From an uncultured Candidatus Bathyarchaeia archaeon (lineage in GTDB: Archaea > Thermoproteota > Bathyarchaeia > Bathyarchaeales > Bathycorpusculaceae), in contig CAZRCD010000004.1 in assembly GCA_964598485.1 (NCBI GenBank), positions 47,516-111,515 of the forward strand: DNA of 64,000 nucleotides, given 5' to 3'. Positions 19,107 to 27,301 of this stretch are shown here, piece by piece (position 1 is the first letter of the stretch; each line of letters begins with the position of its first letter). The translations under genes were made by a program, and so were the position numbers. The notes below the pieces were generated by a model that was not told the origin of the DNA, ran no database searches, and saw nothing but the letters and a program-made list of their open reading frames with translations.

Positions 19107-19319
19107 CTATCCGGCAGCGAGCCCCACAAAACACTCAGGCATTTCTTTAGCGTTAGATGCTGACAGGCTTGTGATGATCGCTAGAACATAGCTCATTGGT
19201 GGTTTGCTTCCGACAAAAACAATGCTCTCTTTGACTTTCCGAGTCCGCGGGGCTTTTCCGGGCTTCTCCTCTTTAACAGTTTCTTCTGTCAGTTTCTTTT
19301 CTTCTTTTTCTTCTGCCAT
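19107..19319 (-). CDS. Alba-like N-terminal fragment with a Lys/Glu-rich leader (truncated, possible pseudogene)
   Basis: Residues IVFVGSKPPMSYVLAIITSLSASNAKE parallel Alba [26 protein letters not shown]. The ORF then stops after 11 unrelated residues. No Alba continuation exists in any frame, and the downstream DNA overlaps the methyltransferase gene. Confidence 0.4.
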   Translation of the reverse strand: MAEEKEEKKLTEETVKEEKPGKAPRTRKVKESIVFVGSKPPMSYVLAIITSLSASNAKEMPECFVGLAAG

Positions 19320-19339
19320 TTTGTTCTCCCTCCTTCAAT

Positions 19340-19483
19340 TTACTTTGCAAATTTACTTCGATTCCTTTTGAACTTCTTCTTACATCTCATACTACAGAAA
19401 TAATATGTTTCTCCATCATGCTTGATCTTGAACTTGGCTGTCTTCTCGTCCAGAACGGCGCCACAAACGGGATCTCTAGGCAT
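19340..19483 (-). CDS. YHS-domain small metal-binding protein (47 aa)
   Basis: Sequence MPRDPVCGAVLDEKTAKFKIKHDGETYYFCSMRCKKKF matches the YHS consensus DPVCGM…G.TYYFCS..C. It is not in the ORF track because it is under 60 aa. Confidence 0.6.
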   Translation of the reverse strand: MPRDPVCGAVLDEKTAKFKIKHDGETYYFCSMRCKKKFKRNRSKFAK

Positions 19484-19583
19484 TATTTTTTATCCCATGA
19501 AAGAGTGTGGGTTCTACTTACTATAACTGTTGATAAAAAAGAAAAAAGTGCGTAAAGCGGACCGAAGATTTTAGCTAATAAGC

Positions 19584-19706
19584 TTAATATCTTCTCGGGG
19601 GTCTTCGTTTAGAATAGCATTCTCGGCAGTATACGGGTTTGCTTCCGTCAGGTTTGAAGGGAACCTCACATTCTTTACCACAATCGGCGCATACGGCCTT
19701 GTGCAT
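19584..19706 (-). CDS. Small zinc-ribbon protein (40 aa)
   Basis: Sequence MHKAVCADCGKECEVPFKPDGSKPVYCRECYSKRRPPRRY has a CxxC…CxxC ribbon with a conserved-looking VPFKP…PVYC core. It is not in the ORF track. Confidence 0.45.
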   Translation of the reverse strand: MHKAVCADCGKECEVPFKPDGSKPVYCRECYSKRRPPRRY

Positions 19707-19930
19707 TTCTCGGTTTTCTCTATACGACAATCGAATTACACCTCCATCTAATAGTCAACGAAAAACTAGCATTCTCATGGAATTCTAATTCTTGCGTGTC
19801 TAATCAGTTGACATATTGATCTATTTAAACTTATGTATGCGATGAGTTTCTCTTCTGCATCTCTGTTCCCTCAGTCTCTGCGCGAGCGTTTTACCATAGG
19901 ATGATACGTAACTGCTTTGACTTAGAAAAT

Positions 19931-19965
19931 GGGGAGTTTGCGGGAGACGTTAGAGACATCGCCAG
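19931..19965 (+). repeat. GC-rich intergenic motif, copy C (GGGGAGTTTGCGGGAGACGTTAGAGACATCGCCAG), followed by a T6 run
   Basis: Same family as copies A and B, with a 9-nt internal duplication. It is followed directly by GTTTTTTG, a terminator-like run, and points toward the 3' end of the convergent topo IB gene. Confidence 0.6.
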
Positions 19966-20035
19966 TTTTTTGTTAAACGCACAAATAGTAGAACTTTAAA
20001 ATCAATAACATACTGGATGTGAGAACGCACGTTTT

Positions 20036-21829
20036 CTAGCTTTTTTCTGGAGGCGTCTCATCATTCTCGATCCAGCTGAACTTCCTCTGGAGGGCTTTCG
20101 AGTAGTACTGTTTCCAGTCGTAGTCCACTTGTTTTCCCCATTTATAGTAGATTCGGGGGTCAATGTAGCTCTTCAGAGACGTCCCAAGGTTGTAGTCGCG
20201 GGTTTCCTTCTGAGCCTCTATCCTAAGCTTCAGCTTAGCTATCGCCGCTTTGTCACGTTGCATCCGACTCTCCAGCCTCTGCCCTAACTTTTTCATTCGC
20301 TCTTCATACTTGAGCTTCAGCAGCTTGAGGCGTTGCTTTTGCCGAGTCACTGCCTTTCGATCAAAGCTAATACGTCTCTTCAAAGCGCGTGCGGATTTAC
20401 CTTGTTGTTTCTCCTCGGCGAGTTGTTGTCGATGAGCATCCAGCTTTGCCTGCATATCCTTCAGTCTTTCCTCTTGCTCCCGCAGTCTCTCACTATCTTT
20501 CTCTTTCCAATAGTCGATTTTCTGCCTCAACTTATCTTCAGCATCCTTCGCTCGATTCTTCAAAGCCTTGAGGCGATCCTTCTTCCTTTCTAAAGATGAT
20601 TTCCAAGTCTTACGGATGGTACGCCTGTGATTGCAGACTTTTGCAGCCTCAAGGTTTGCCATCGTAGCAGTGTGTTTCTTCACATATTCAGGGTCTTCAA
20701 GTTTGACAGGAGCCTTTTCCAAGTTCGTCTCGACAGTTTCGGACGCATAGCAAGTACGAAAAACCTTTGCCGACAGCCCAGCCATCACCTCATCAAGGAA
20801 TTCGCTAACATGCTGTGAGCGGACGCCATCAAAAAGGGTGGACCTCGCGTTCGCTGCGAACTCCTTAAGGTTTCTAGTGACATTATTTGGGAGTTCAACC
20901 TTGAAGACATGAGGCACAGAATCCTTCCCGAGGAAGTTGAACGTTACACTCTCATCACTGTTGAAATGGATATGCTTCGGTCGGAGGGTTGAGGCGCCAA
21001 CTGTGTCCGCCTCGTCAGGATCCTTCTCGTCGCCAACCCTGATTTTCAACCTATCAATAAGGAAACAAACGGTCGCCGTTTTCCTCCGTCTCAGATCATC
21101 AGCGTTAAGGTTCTCCCAGATGTGCTTCCGTACCCCTGCAAGGTTCCGTCGAAGCTTCCTAGCTTTTTCAAACTTCTCAATATCCTTCCTCTGCTTCACG
21201 ATGCTGGAGTCGGAAAACCAGACGTATTTCGTCTTGCCCGTAAGTTTATCCCGCCATCGTGCAATCCACATGGAGTCAGGCTGCCAGACAATCTTCCAGT
21301 TGCCCCGCGGCCTAGGCGCATCCGGCGAGAGGTTGAGTTCGACATCCTCCTCGCAAGCCCCCTCCTTCCAGCATCCCCTCAACGGGTGTTTGCCTCGACC
21401 TATGAAGATGGAACTAGGTTCGACGGCGTAGTTGGCCACCTCCACCCGGGCACCGTCAACCCAAGCAAATCCGTAGCGATCCTTGTTCGCAGCTCTCTGA
21501 GCTTTCCTCTGAGCCGTCAGTTGCTTTCTCTCCTTTCTAGAGAGGTTTGCTTTCCAAGCCCGCTCCTTTTCGATTGTAGAGAGAACATCGGAGTAGTCAA
21601 CATCGCCGGGCTTGACATTGATACCGAGTTTTTTTGAGAAGTCCCGGTGAAAGTTCTTGGCGAAGACAGGGTCCTCGACGTAAGGGGTTCCAACTTTTTT
21701 AGCCCAAGCGAAAGCCATTTCCTCCTGCATTGGTGTCAGCTTAATCTTCTTCCCCTTCACCTGTATAGTGAAACCTTTTCCTTCGTATCGATGTGGAATT
21801 AGGACGCCGTTGTGGTGTAGCTGCTTCAT
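20036..21829 (-). CDS. top1: Eukaryotic-type DNA topoisomerase IB
   Basis: A core VFRTCYASETV (compare eukaryotic KVFRTYNAS), ADTVGASTLRPKHI (compare TVGCCSLRVEHI), a long coiled-coil linker, and the C-terminal catalytic-Tyr motif LGTSLKSYIDPRI (compare LGTSKLNYLDPRI). Confidence 0.9.
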   Translation of the reverse strand: MKQLHHNGVLIPHRYEGKGFTIQVKGKKIKLTPMQEEMAFAWAKKVGTPYVEDPVFAKNFHRDFSKKLGINVKPGDVDYSDVLSTIEKERAWKANLSRKERKQLTAQRKAQRAANKDRYGFAWVDGARVEVANYAVEPSSIFIGRGKHPLRGCWKEGACEEDVELNLSPDAPRPRGNWKIVWQPDSMWIARWRDKLTGKTKYVWFSDSSIVKQRKDIEKFEKARKLRRNLAGVRKHIWENLNADDLRRRKTATVCFLIDRLKIRVGDEKDPDEADTVGASTLRPKHIHFNSDESVTFNFLGKDSVPHVFKVELPNNVTRNLKEFAANARSTLFDGVRSQHVSEFLDEVMAGLSAKVFRTCYASETVETNLEKAPVKLEDPEYVKKHTATMANLEAAKVCNHRRTIRKTWKSSLERKKDRLKALKNRAKDAEDKLRQKIDYWKEKDSERLREQEERLKDMQAKLDAHRQQLAEEKQQGKSARALKRRISFDRKAVTRQKQRLKLLKLKYEERMKKLGQRLESRMQRDKAAIAKLKLRIEAQKETRDYNLGTSLKSYIDPRIYYKWGKQVDYDWKQYYSKALQRKFSWIENDETPPEKS

Positions 21830-22070
21830 TCGGGTTCTCCACCTGATTGAATTCTTATACGTGGAAAGGAGAGGACTTAAATCTTGCTTCTTATGGGGTT
21901 CACGTTATTAAGTTTGTAGTTGTATAAAAACATCTTGATACCCTTGAAATGTGTCGAGTTACTCGATTTTGAGGGTGAAAGTGGCGAATTTAATTATTGG
22001 TCGTGTAATGGAATAAACATGCTTTTAAGGAAGATCTCCCCTTTTTCAAAGGAATGATTGAGGTGGCTAA

Positions 22071-22376
22071 TTGGGTAAGAAGAAGGTCTTAAGTGAGGAT
22101 GAATTAAGTGAGATGGTGCTTCCATCTGCAAACGATGTTTTAGGATTAGCTGTTAAATTGCTTGGTTTTGACCGTGTTTTGGTTAAGTGTCAAGATGGTC
22201 ATGAGCGTTTATGTCGTATACGTGGTAAGATGAAGAGGCGGGTTTGGATACGCCAAGGAGACGTTGTTTTGGTTTCTCCTTGGGATTTTCAATCTGACAA
22301 GCGTGGAGATATTTTTTGGCGTTATAAGCGTTCTCAAGCAGAATGGCTTCGTAGGAAAGGGTATTTGACCATCTGA
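22071..22376 (+). CDS. eif1a: Translation initiation factor 1A (aIF-1A)
   Basis: An S1-like OB fold with the VLPSANDVLGLAVKLLGFDRVLVKCQDGHERLCRIRGKMK pattern. It has a TTG start. Confidence 0.9.
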   Translation: MGKKKVLSEDELSEMVLPSANDVLGLAVKLLGFDRVLVKCQDGHERLCRIRGKMKRRVWIRQGDVVLVSPWDFQSDKRGDIFWRYKRSQAEWLRRKGYLTI

Positions 22377-22400
22377 TTGATTATGGATGGAGAAAAGTAA

Positions 22401-23198
22401 GTGTCTTTTAGGAAACACGTTGAAAAAAGGCTCAGTAGAAAAGAAAAGGCTTACGAAACTGAGCGGTTGATGAAGGAGAAGCGAAGTGAAGAATACGAAG
22501 TTTTGGAAGAGGTTTTTGACCGTTCAACATTGATGGTGATTTACGACTTTTTAAATAAAGGAGTTATAGACGAGATTCATGGTGTTGTTAAGGCAGGAAA
22601 AGAATCACGCGTTTATTGGGGAAAAGACAAGCAGGGAAATGAGTTAGCAATAAAAATATACTTAACTGTTTCAGCTGAATTCCGCAAGGGCATGCTCAAA
22701 TACATCGAAGGAGATCCAAGGTTCAAAGGAGTAAGACGTGACACGCGCTCGCTTGTTTTTGCATGGGCTCAGAAAGAATTCAGGAATCTGCAGCAGGCAG
22801 TAGCTGCAAAAGTTAGGGTTCCGAAACCAATTGCTGTGAAAAAAAATGTGCTCATAATGGAGTTTATTGGGAAAAAGGGTGTTGGTGCTCCTTCTATGAA
22901 GGAGCAGTCACCAGAGAACCCTGAAAAAGCTTATAAAACTCTTTTAGCCTATTTGAGACTGCTTTACCGTAAAGCTGAGCTTGTCCACGGAGACTTAAGC
23001 GAATACAATGTCATGATTTGGAGAGGTCACCTAGTGCTGTTTGATGTTTCGCAGGCTGTTCCGCTTTCTCATCCTCTAGCAAACTCGCTTCTGCTTAGAG
23101 ATTTGGAAAACATGAACAGATATTTTAGTCGGTTAGGTGTTGAAGTGGTTTCAGTTGACAAATGCTATAGGAAGGTTACAGGTCATGGCAGAAGCTAG
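22401..23198 (+). CDS. rio1: RIO-type serine/threonine protein kinase (Rio1-like)
   Basis: The RIO catalytic loop LVHGDLSEYNVMI, an ATP-binding Lys region, and conserved synteny after eIF1A. Confidence 0.85.
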   Translation: MSFRKHVEKRLSRKEKAYETERLMKEKRSEEYEVLEEVFDRSTLMVIYDFLNKGVIDEIHGVVKAGKESRVYWGKDKQGNELAIKIYLTVSAEFRKGMLKYIEGDPRFKGVRRDTRSLVFAWAQKEFRNLQQAVAAKVRVPKPIAVKKNVLIMEFIGKKGVGAPSMKEQSPENPEKAYKTLLAYLRLLYRKAELVHGDLSEYNVMIWRGHLVLFDVSQAVPLSHPLANSLLLRDLENMNRYFSRLGVEVVSVDKCYRKVTGHGRS

Positions 23199-23763
23199 CT
23201 CATTTCTTAAGATTCCAAGGGAGCGGATAGGGGTCTTGATAGGACTAAATGGAGAGATCAAAAAATACATTGAAAGGACGCTTTTGGTCAAGCTTGAAAT
23301 AGAAAGTGAAACAGGCGGCGTCAAAATAGTCTTAGCTGAAAATGTTGAAGATCCATCTTTGCTTTTCAAGGCTAAAGATGTTGTGAATGCTATTGGAAGG
23401 GGTTTTTCTCCGGAACTTGCTTTCCGCTTGATCCGTGATGAAGAAGCTTTTCTGGACGTAATTGACTTGCGGGCTATTTTCGGTAAGTCTGAGTCAGATA
23501 TAAGGCGTGTTAAAGGGCGGATAATAGGGATGGAGGGCAAGACTAGAAGGATAATTGAGGAGTTGACGGAAACTAACGTGTGTGTTTACGGGTATACTGT
23601 TGGCTTAATTGGAGACATTGAACAGGTTCAGGCTGCAAGAGAAGCTATTCAACTGTTGATTAGAGGAAGCCTACACAGCACGGTTTACAGGTTTCTACAC
23701 AGAAAACGAAGAGAGCTTAAGAAAAGAAAGCTTGAGCTTTGGGAAAAACCAGAAGAAAAATAG
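23185..23763 (+). CDS. KH-domain RNA-binding protein (Dim2/Krr1-like, two KH modules)
   Basis: The GxxG KH loops IGLNGEIKK and IGMEGKTRR. This is the third gene of the conserved aIF1A–Rio–KH cluster. The start was chosen at the internal Met; the track frame opens at 23137. Confidence 0.7.
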   Translation: MAEASSFLKIPRERIGVLIGLNGEIKKYIERTLLVKLEIESETGGVKIVLAENVEDPSLLFKAKDVVNAIGRGFSPELAFRLIRDEEAFLDVIDLRAIFGKSESDIRRVKGRIIGMEGKTRRIIEELTETNVCVYGYTVGLIGDIEQVQAAREAIQLLIRGSLHSTVYRFLHRKRRELKKRKLELWEKPEEK

Positions 23764-24015
23764 TAGGCGGGCTCTCCGCACTCAAGATCTCAATCATTTT
23801 GGTTTCAGCGGGGCCAGAGTCGTCATTGCCCACCATGCAAATTAAATGTTGGACTCGAATAAAAAGTTATAGGCAATGTAACATCTAGGCACATGAATGG
23901 AAGTTTTGTCCGATAAAGAAATTTTCGGTGTTAGGCATTTGTGTTAGCCTTTAGTGGGCTAGCTCGTACTCCAACTAATTGTAGTCTTTCAAATGCACTG
24001 AGGTTGAGTGCGTTG

Positions 24016-24071
24016 ATTACCTTATGGTAATGCTTATATATTACTCAGTGGTAATTACTTTTTGGTAATAA
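24016..24071. promoter_or_regulatory. Palindromic GGTAAT/ATTACC operator array overlapping a TATA-like box, upstream of the ArsR-like and Hsp20 operon
   Basis: ATTACCttatGGTAAT is a perfect 6-bp inverted repeat with a 4-bp spacer. It is followed by TTATATATT (a TATA-like box), a second palindrome GGTAATTAC and a further GGTAAT at 24064-24069. The array ends about 15 nt before the ATG at 24085. Confidence 0.5.
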
Positions 24072-24084
24072 GAGGCGAAGCTGA

Positions 24085-24498
24085 ATGAAGTTGAAAATTC
24101 AGTTAGTGCGGGACGGAGAGATACTCTTCGAAATACCACTTTCGCCTATGGATTGGTCGCGGGAGCGTCTAAAGAACGAGTTTAACGCTATCGAAGATGA
24201 TTTTCAAAGGTTCTCCAAGATTTTTGACGCTTTAGCCCATGAAACTCGCTTGCGAATGATGAAACGGGTTATGGAGGAAGAAGATCACACGATAAGCTTC
24301 TCAGATTTCATGCGAGACTTGGATTTGAACCCCAAGCTTGTGTGGGAGAACGCCAGAAAATTGAAGGAAGGAGGATTATTGGAGAAAGTTGGGCGAGGCA
24401 GATATCATTGTTCAGCTTTCGGAGAAAGCGGCTTCATGATGATGAGCTTCGCATTGAAACGGCTTAGAAAAGCCCTAGAAGAACTGGAAGAACTTTAG
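24085..24498 (+). CDS. Winged-helix (ArsR-like) transcriptional regulator
   Basis: A helix-turn-helix region FDALAHETRLRMMKRVMEEEDHTISFSDFMRDLDLNPKLVWENARKLKEGGLLEKV. It is 137 aa and lies immediately upstream of hsp20. Confidence 0.5.
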   Translation: MKLKIQLVRDGEILFEIPLSPMDWSRERLKNEFNAIEDDFQRFSKIFDALAHETRLRMMKRVMEEEDHTISFSDFMRDLDLNPKLVWENARKLKEGGLLEKVGRGRYHCSAFGESGFMMMSFALKRLRKALEELEEL

Positions 24499-24515
24499 GG
24501 AGGTGAAAACTCGAG

Positions 24516-25064
24516 ATGACAACATTCTTTGATATTGACGAATTTTTCGGAGACTTCGGGTTTAACGGTGATTTCATGAAAAGCATGCTGAGAGAGTTCA
24601 ATGACATTGAGAAGATGGTAAAAAGTGGAAAACTCAAAGGCAAATGGGACATCCAAAAAATTGACGAACCTGAAAGGAAGGGATTTGTCATTCAAGGACA
24701 CTTTTGGTCAGCTCAACCAGTTGAGCCTTTTGAACCGTTTAAGCCTTGGAGAAGACGACCGATGCCGAAGAGACCTTTTGAAGTTCCAGAGAAAGCTTTG
24801 AAGGAGATCCGTGAACCCTTAACTGATATTTTCGAGGAAGATAAGACAGTGAAAATCTACGTTGAGTTGCCAGGTGAAGAAGAAGATGACATACAGCTAA
24901 ACGTTACAGAGGGTAAAGTTGAGGTCAAGGCTAAGAAGTTTCACAAGATGATAGAGGTGCCAACAAGCAACGTTGACATCGAAAAAGCATCATCGAAATA
25001 CAAGAACGGAGTGCTAGAGATTACAATTCCAAAGAAAGACAAGTCTCCTGTAAAAATTGACTAA
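24516..25064 (+). CDS. hsp20: Small heat-shock protein (Hsp20/alpha-crystallin family)
   Basis: An alpha-crystallin domain (KTVKIYVELPG…GVLEITIPKK) with a C-terminal I-x-I-like motif. Confidence 0.75.
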   Translation: MTTFFDIDEFFGDFGFNGDFMKSMLREFNDIEKMVKSGKLKGKWDIQKIDEPERKGFVIQGHFWSAQPVEPFEPFKPWRRRPMPKRPFEVPEKALKEIREPLTDIFEEDKTVKIYVELPGEEEDDIQLNVTEGKVEVKAKKFHKMIEVPTSNVDIEKASSKYKNGVLEITIPKKDKSPVKID

Positions 25065-25296
25065 CCAACCGAACAGCACGCGACTAGCGTTCTCTGGCGG
25101 GCTACATATTTCTATACAATACGTTAACAACATACCACCATCATTTTTGCACCAAATGCTAATGCGCACCAAGGGTTAGTTTGCTCTGTCCTAATCTGCG
25201 AATTTTCGGCGCAAACAAAAATATAGCCCCCTATAATTTTCAACATAGAAATCTTTAGTGTAATTTGACTATCGGCCTTGATGATATTGTTAAGTT

Positions 25297-25318
25297 TGAA
25301 ATAACCTCTATAATAATT
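25297..25318 (+). promoter_or_regulatory. Conserved 22-nt promoter-proximal motif tgaaataacctctataataatt, copy 1
   Basis: Identical to 36454-36475 upstream of lon. It contains a TATA-like CTATAATAA and sits 25 nt upstream of the zinc-ribbon ORF start at 25343. Confidence 0.5.
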
Positions 25319-25342
25319 CTTAACCATATTTCTCTTGTTTAG

Positions 25343-25558
25343 GTGTTGAAGATGGTTAACTGTCCAAAATGCGGAGACCCATTAGTAAAAAGAATTAAAT
25401 CTAAATATTTCTGTGAAAACGAAAGTTGCCCCGTCATATTTGTGCAATGTCCCCATGAACCCGCTAGAATGAGAGTAGCCTTCACAGCATCAGCAAGAGA
25501 ACGAACTATTGGGAAAATCGAAGAGACTGTTGCAGAAAGCAGAAGTCATGTTTTTTGA
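25343..25558 (+). CDS. Small zinc-ribbon protein
   Basis: Has CPKCGDPL…C…C in a 71 aa ORF. Confidence 0.35.
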   Translation: MLKMVNCPKCGDPLVKRIKSKYFCENESCPVIFVQCPHEPARMRVAFTASARERTIGKIEETVAESRSHVF

Positions 25559-25756
25559 ACAGATAGAGCATAACCTCTAAAACATTTGAAATACCATACA
25601 ATCAACTTGTCAACGGTCAACTAAGCCAATAGCGTGCTTTGGTGTTTCTTATTTTTCTGATTTTTTCTTGTCACGGTGAAAGAAGCCTTTGAGTAGGCGT
25701 GGAACCTCTGTCGCTATAACGAAAAAGAAATCCTAAAGTCCTAGAGAATTGTATAT

Positions 25757-26755
25757 GTGTTGAATATTATGCTGAAACATATCAACCTAGTTCCCTTGGC
25801 TGCTGAAAGCCTCGGTGTAAGATCAATGTGCACCTACGTTCAAACCCCAGACCTGAAGATACTTTTGGATGCCGGAGTTTCTCTTGGTCCAAGTCGTTTC
25901 GGTTTACCTCCTCACCCAGAAGAATTCAAAGCCATAGACCTTTGTCGCAGAAAAATTGCAGAAGCCACTGAAAAAGCCGAAATTGTAACATTAAGCCACT
26001 ATCATTTCGACCATCACACGCCTTCTTATGAAGATTGGTTATGCAATTGGACAGAAGCAACAGAAACTGCGAGACAAGTTTACGACGGAAAAACGGTCTT
26101 GATTAAAAATCCGAGAGAAAAAATCAACTTTAGCCAAAGGCGAAGAGGATGGATGTTTCAGAAGACGGGTTGGGAGTTTGCGAAAGAACTTGAAGTTGCA
26201 GATGGAAAATCCTTCACTTTCGGAACGTCCACAAAAGTTAGATTTTCAGAACCAGTCTTCCATGGATCAGAAAACTCCATCTTGGGCTGGGTTTTAATGA
26301 CAACTATTCAATATCAAGACGAGAAATTTTTGTTCGCACCTGACGTTCAAGGTCCTATATGTTTTTATACACTTGAACTGATCCTAAAGGAAAAACCGCA
26401 AATAATAATGATAGGTGGTCCACCGCTTTATTTAGCTGGATTCAGAGTTAAAGAAGAAGAAATCCAAAAAGGATTAAAAAATCTGGGAAAAATTGTTGAA
26501 ACTATGCCTCTCACAATTTTAGAGCATCACATTTTGAGAGACAAGGATTGGCGAGAAAAAACAAAAAACGTCTTCGAGAAAGCACATAAACGCGGACACA
26601 AAGTTTTGACGGCAGCTGAATTCTTAGGAGAAAAAAACGTTTTCTTAGAAGCTGTGAGAAAAGGACTGTTTATTGAGAAACCGCCGTCAACTGAGTTTCA
26701 AAAATGGATGCGAAAAGACAGAACGACGAAAAGGCATGTTAAACCTCCGATCTAG
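25757..26755 (+). CDS. Metallo-beta-lactamase-fold hydrolase-like protein
   Basis: Carries the HxHxDH motif (SHYHFDHH) in a 332 aa protein. The subfamily is unclear. Confidence 0.45.
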   Translation: MLNIMLKHINLVPLAAESLGVRSMCTYVQTPDLKILLDAGVSLGPSRFGLPPHPEEFKAIDLCRRKIAEATEKAEIVTLSHYHFDHHTPSYEDWLCNWTEATETARQVYDGKTVLIKNPREKINFSQRRRGWMFQKTGWEFAKELEVADGKSFTFGTSTKVRFSEPVFHGSENSILGWVLMTTIQYQDEKFLFAPDVQGPICFYTLELILKEKPQIIMIGGPPLYLAGFRVKEEEIQKGLKNLGKIVETMPLTILEHHILRDKDWREKTKNVFEKAHKRGHKVLTAAEFLGEKNVFLEAVRKGLFIEKPPSTEFQKWMRKDRTTKRHVKPPI

Positions 26756-27294
26756 TCCTTGAGTAGTTTTTCTATGTTAGCCAAATCTTCTGACAACCAT
26801 TCATATCGTATTCCATAAAATGGTATTGAACTTTCTCTTTCTTTCAACGCGAAACGCAGTTCCTCTATTAGAATGCCAGAGTCCTTGACTTTCCCATTCT
26901 TTGACAGGTTTTTGCAAGGTTTCCCCTTTGAAGTTTCGCTCACACCGCAGCTTGGGCTTCCATCAACACCTATGACTATTTCCGTGCTTATTCCGCATTT
27001 TGCATAATCTTGTATTTGATCGACAATTTCATCAGCGATTTTTCTGCAATGACTCCTAAACATGATAGTGTCATATTGATCTTTAGTTTGAGGCTTTCTT
27101 AACACGCCAGCATAAGTTAGTTCGGGACACGGCATTTGGAGGATGCCTATCTTTTTACGCCAAAAAAATTCTACAATTTCAGTTATCATACTTGATCTTT
27201 CTGCTAAGCCTAAAACACGAGAATTCTGATTTAGGATGCAGTGAGCAACTATGGCTATTCTTCCACTTCTCTTATCCTTAAACAATTTTTTCAC
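26752..27294 (-). CDS. DUF523-like (TudS-type) Cys-containing protein
   Basis: The IAIVAHCILNQN…MPCPELTYAG pattern resembles the DUF523 C…CPE motifs. It overlaps the upstream gene by 4 nt. Confidence 0.35.
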   Translation of the reverse strand: MKKLFKDKRSGRIAIVAHCILNQNSRVLGLAERSSMITEIVEFFWRKKIGILQMPCPELTYAGVLRKPQTKDQYDTIMFRSHCRKIADEIVDQIQDYAKCGISTEIVIGVDGSPSCGVSETSKGKPCKNLSKNGKVKDSGILIEELRFALKERESSIPFYGIRYEWLSEDLANIEKLLKD

Positions 27295-27301
27295 GTCATC
27301 T

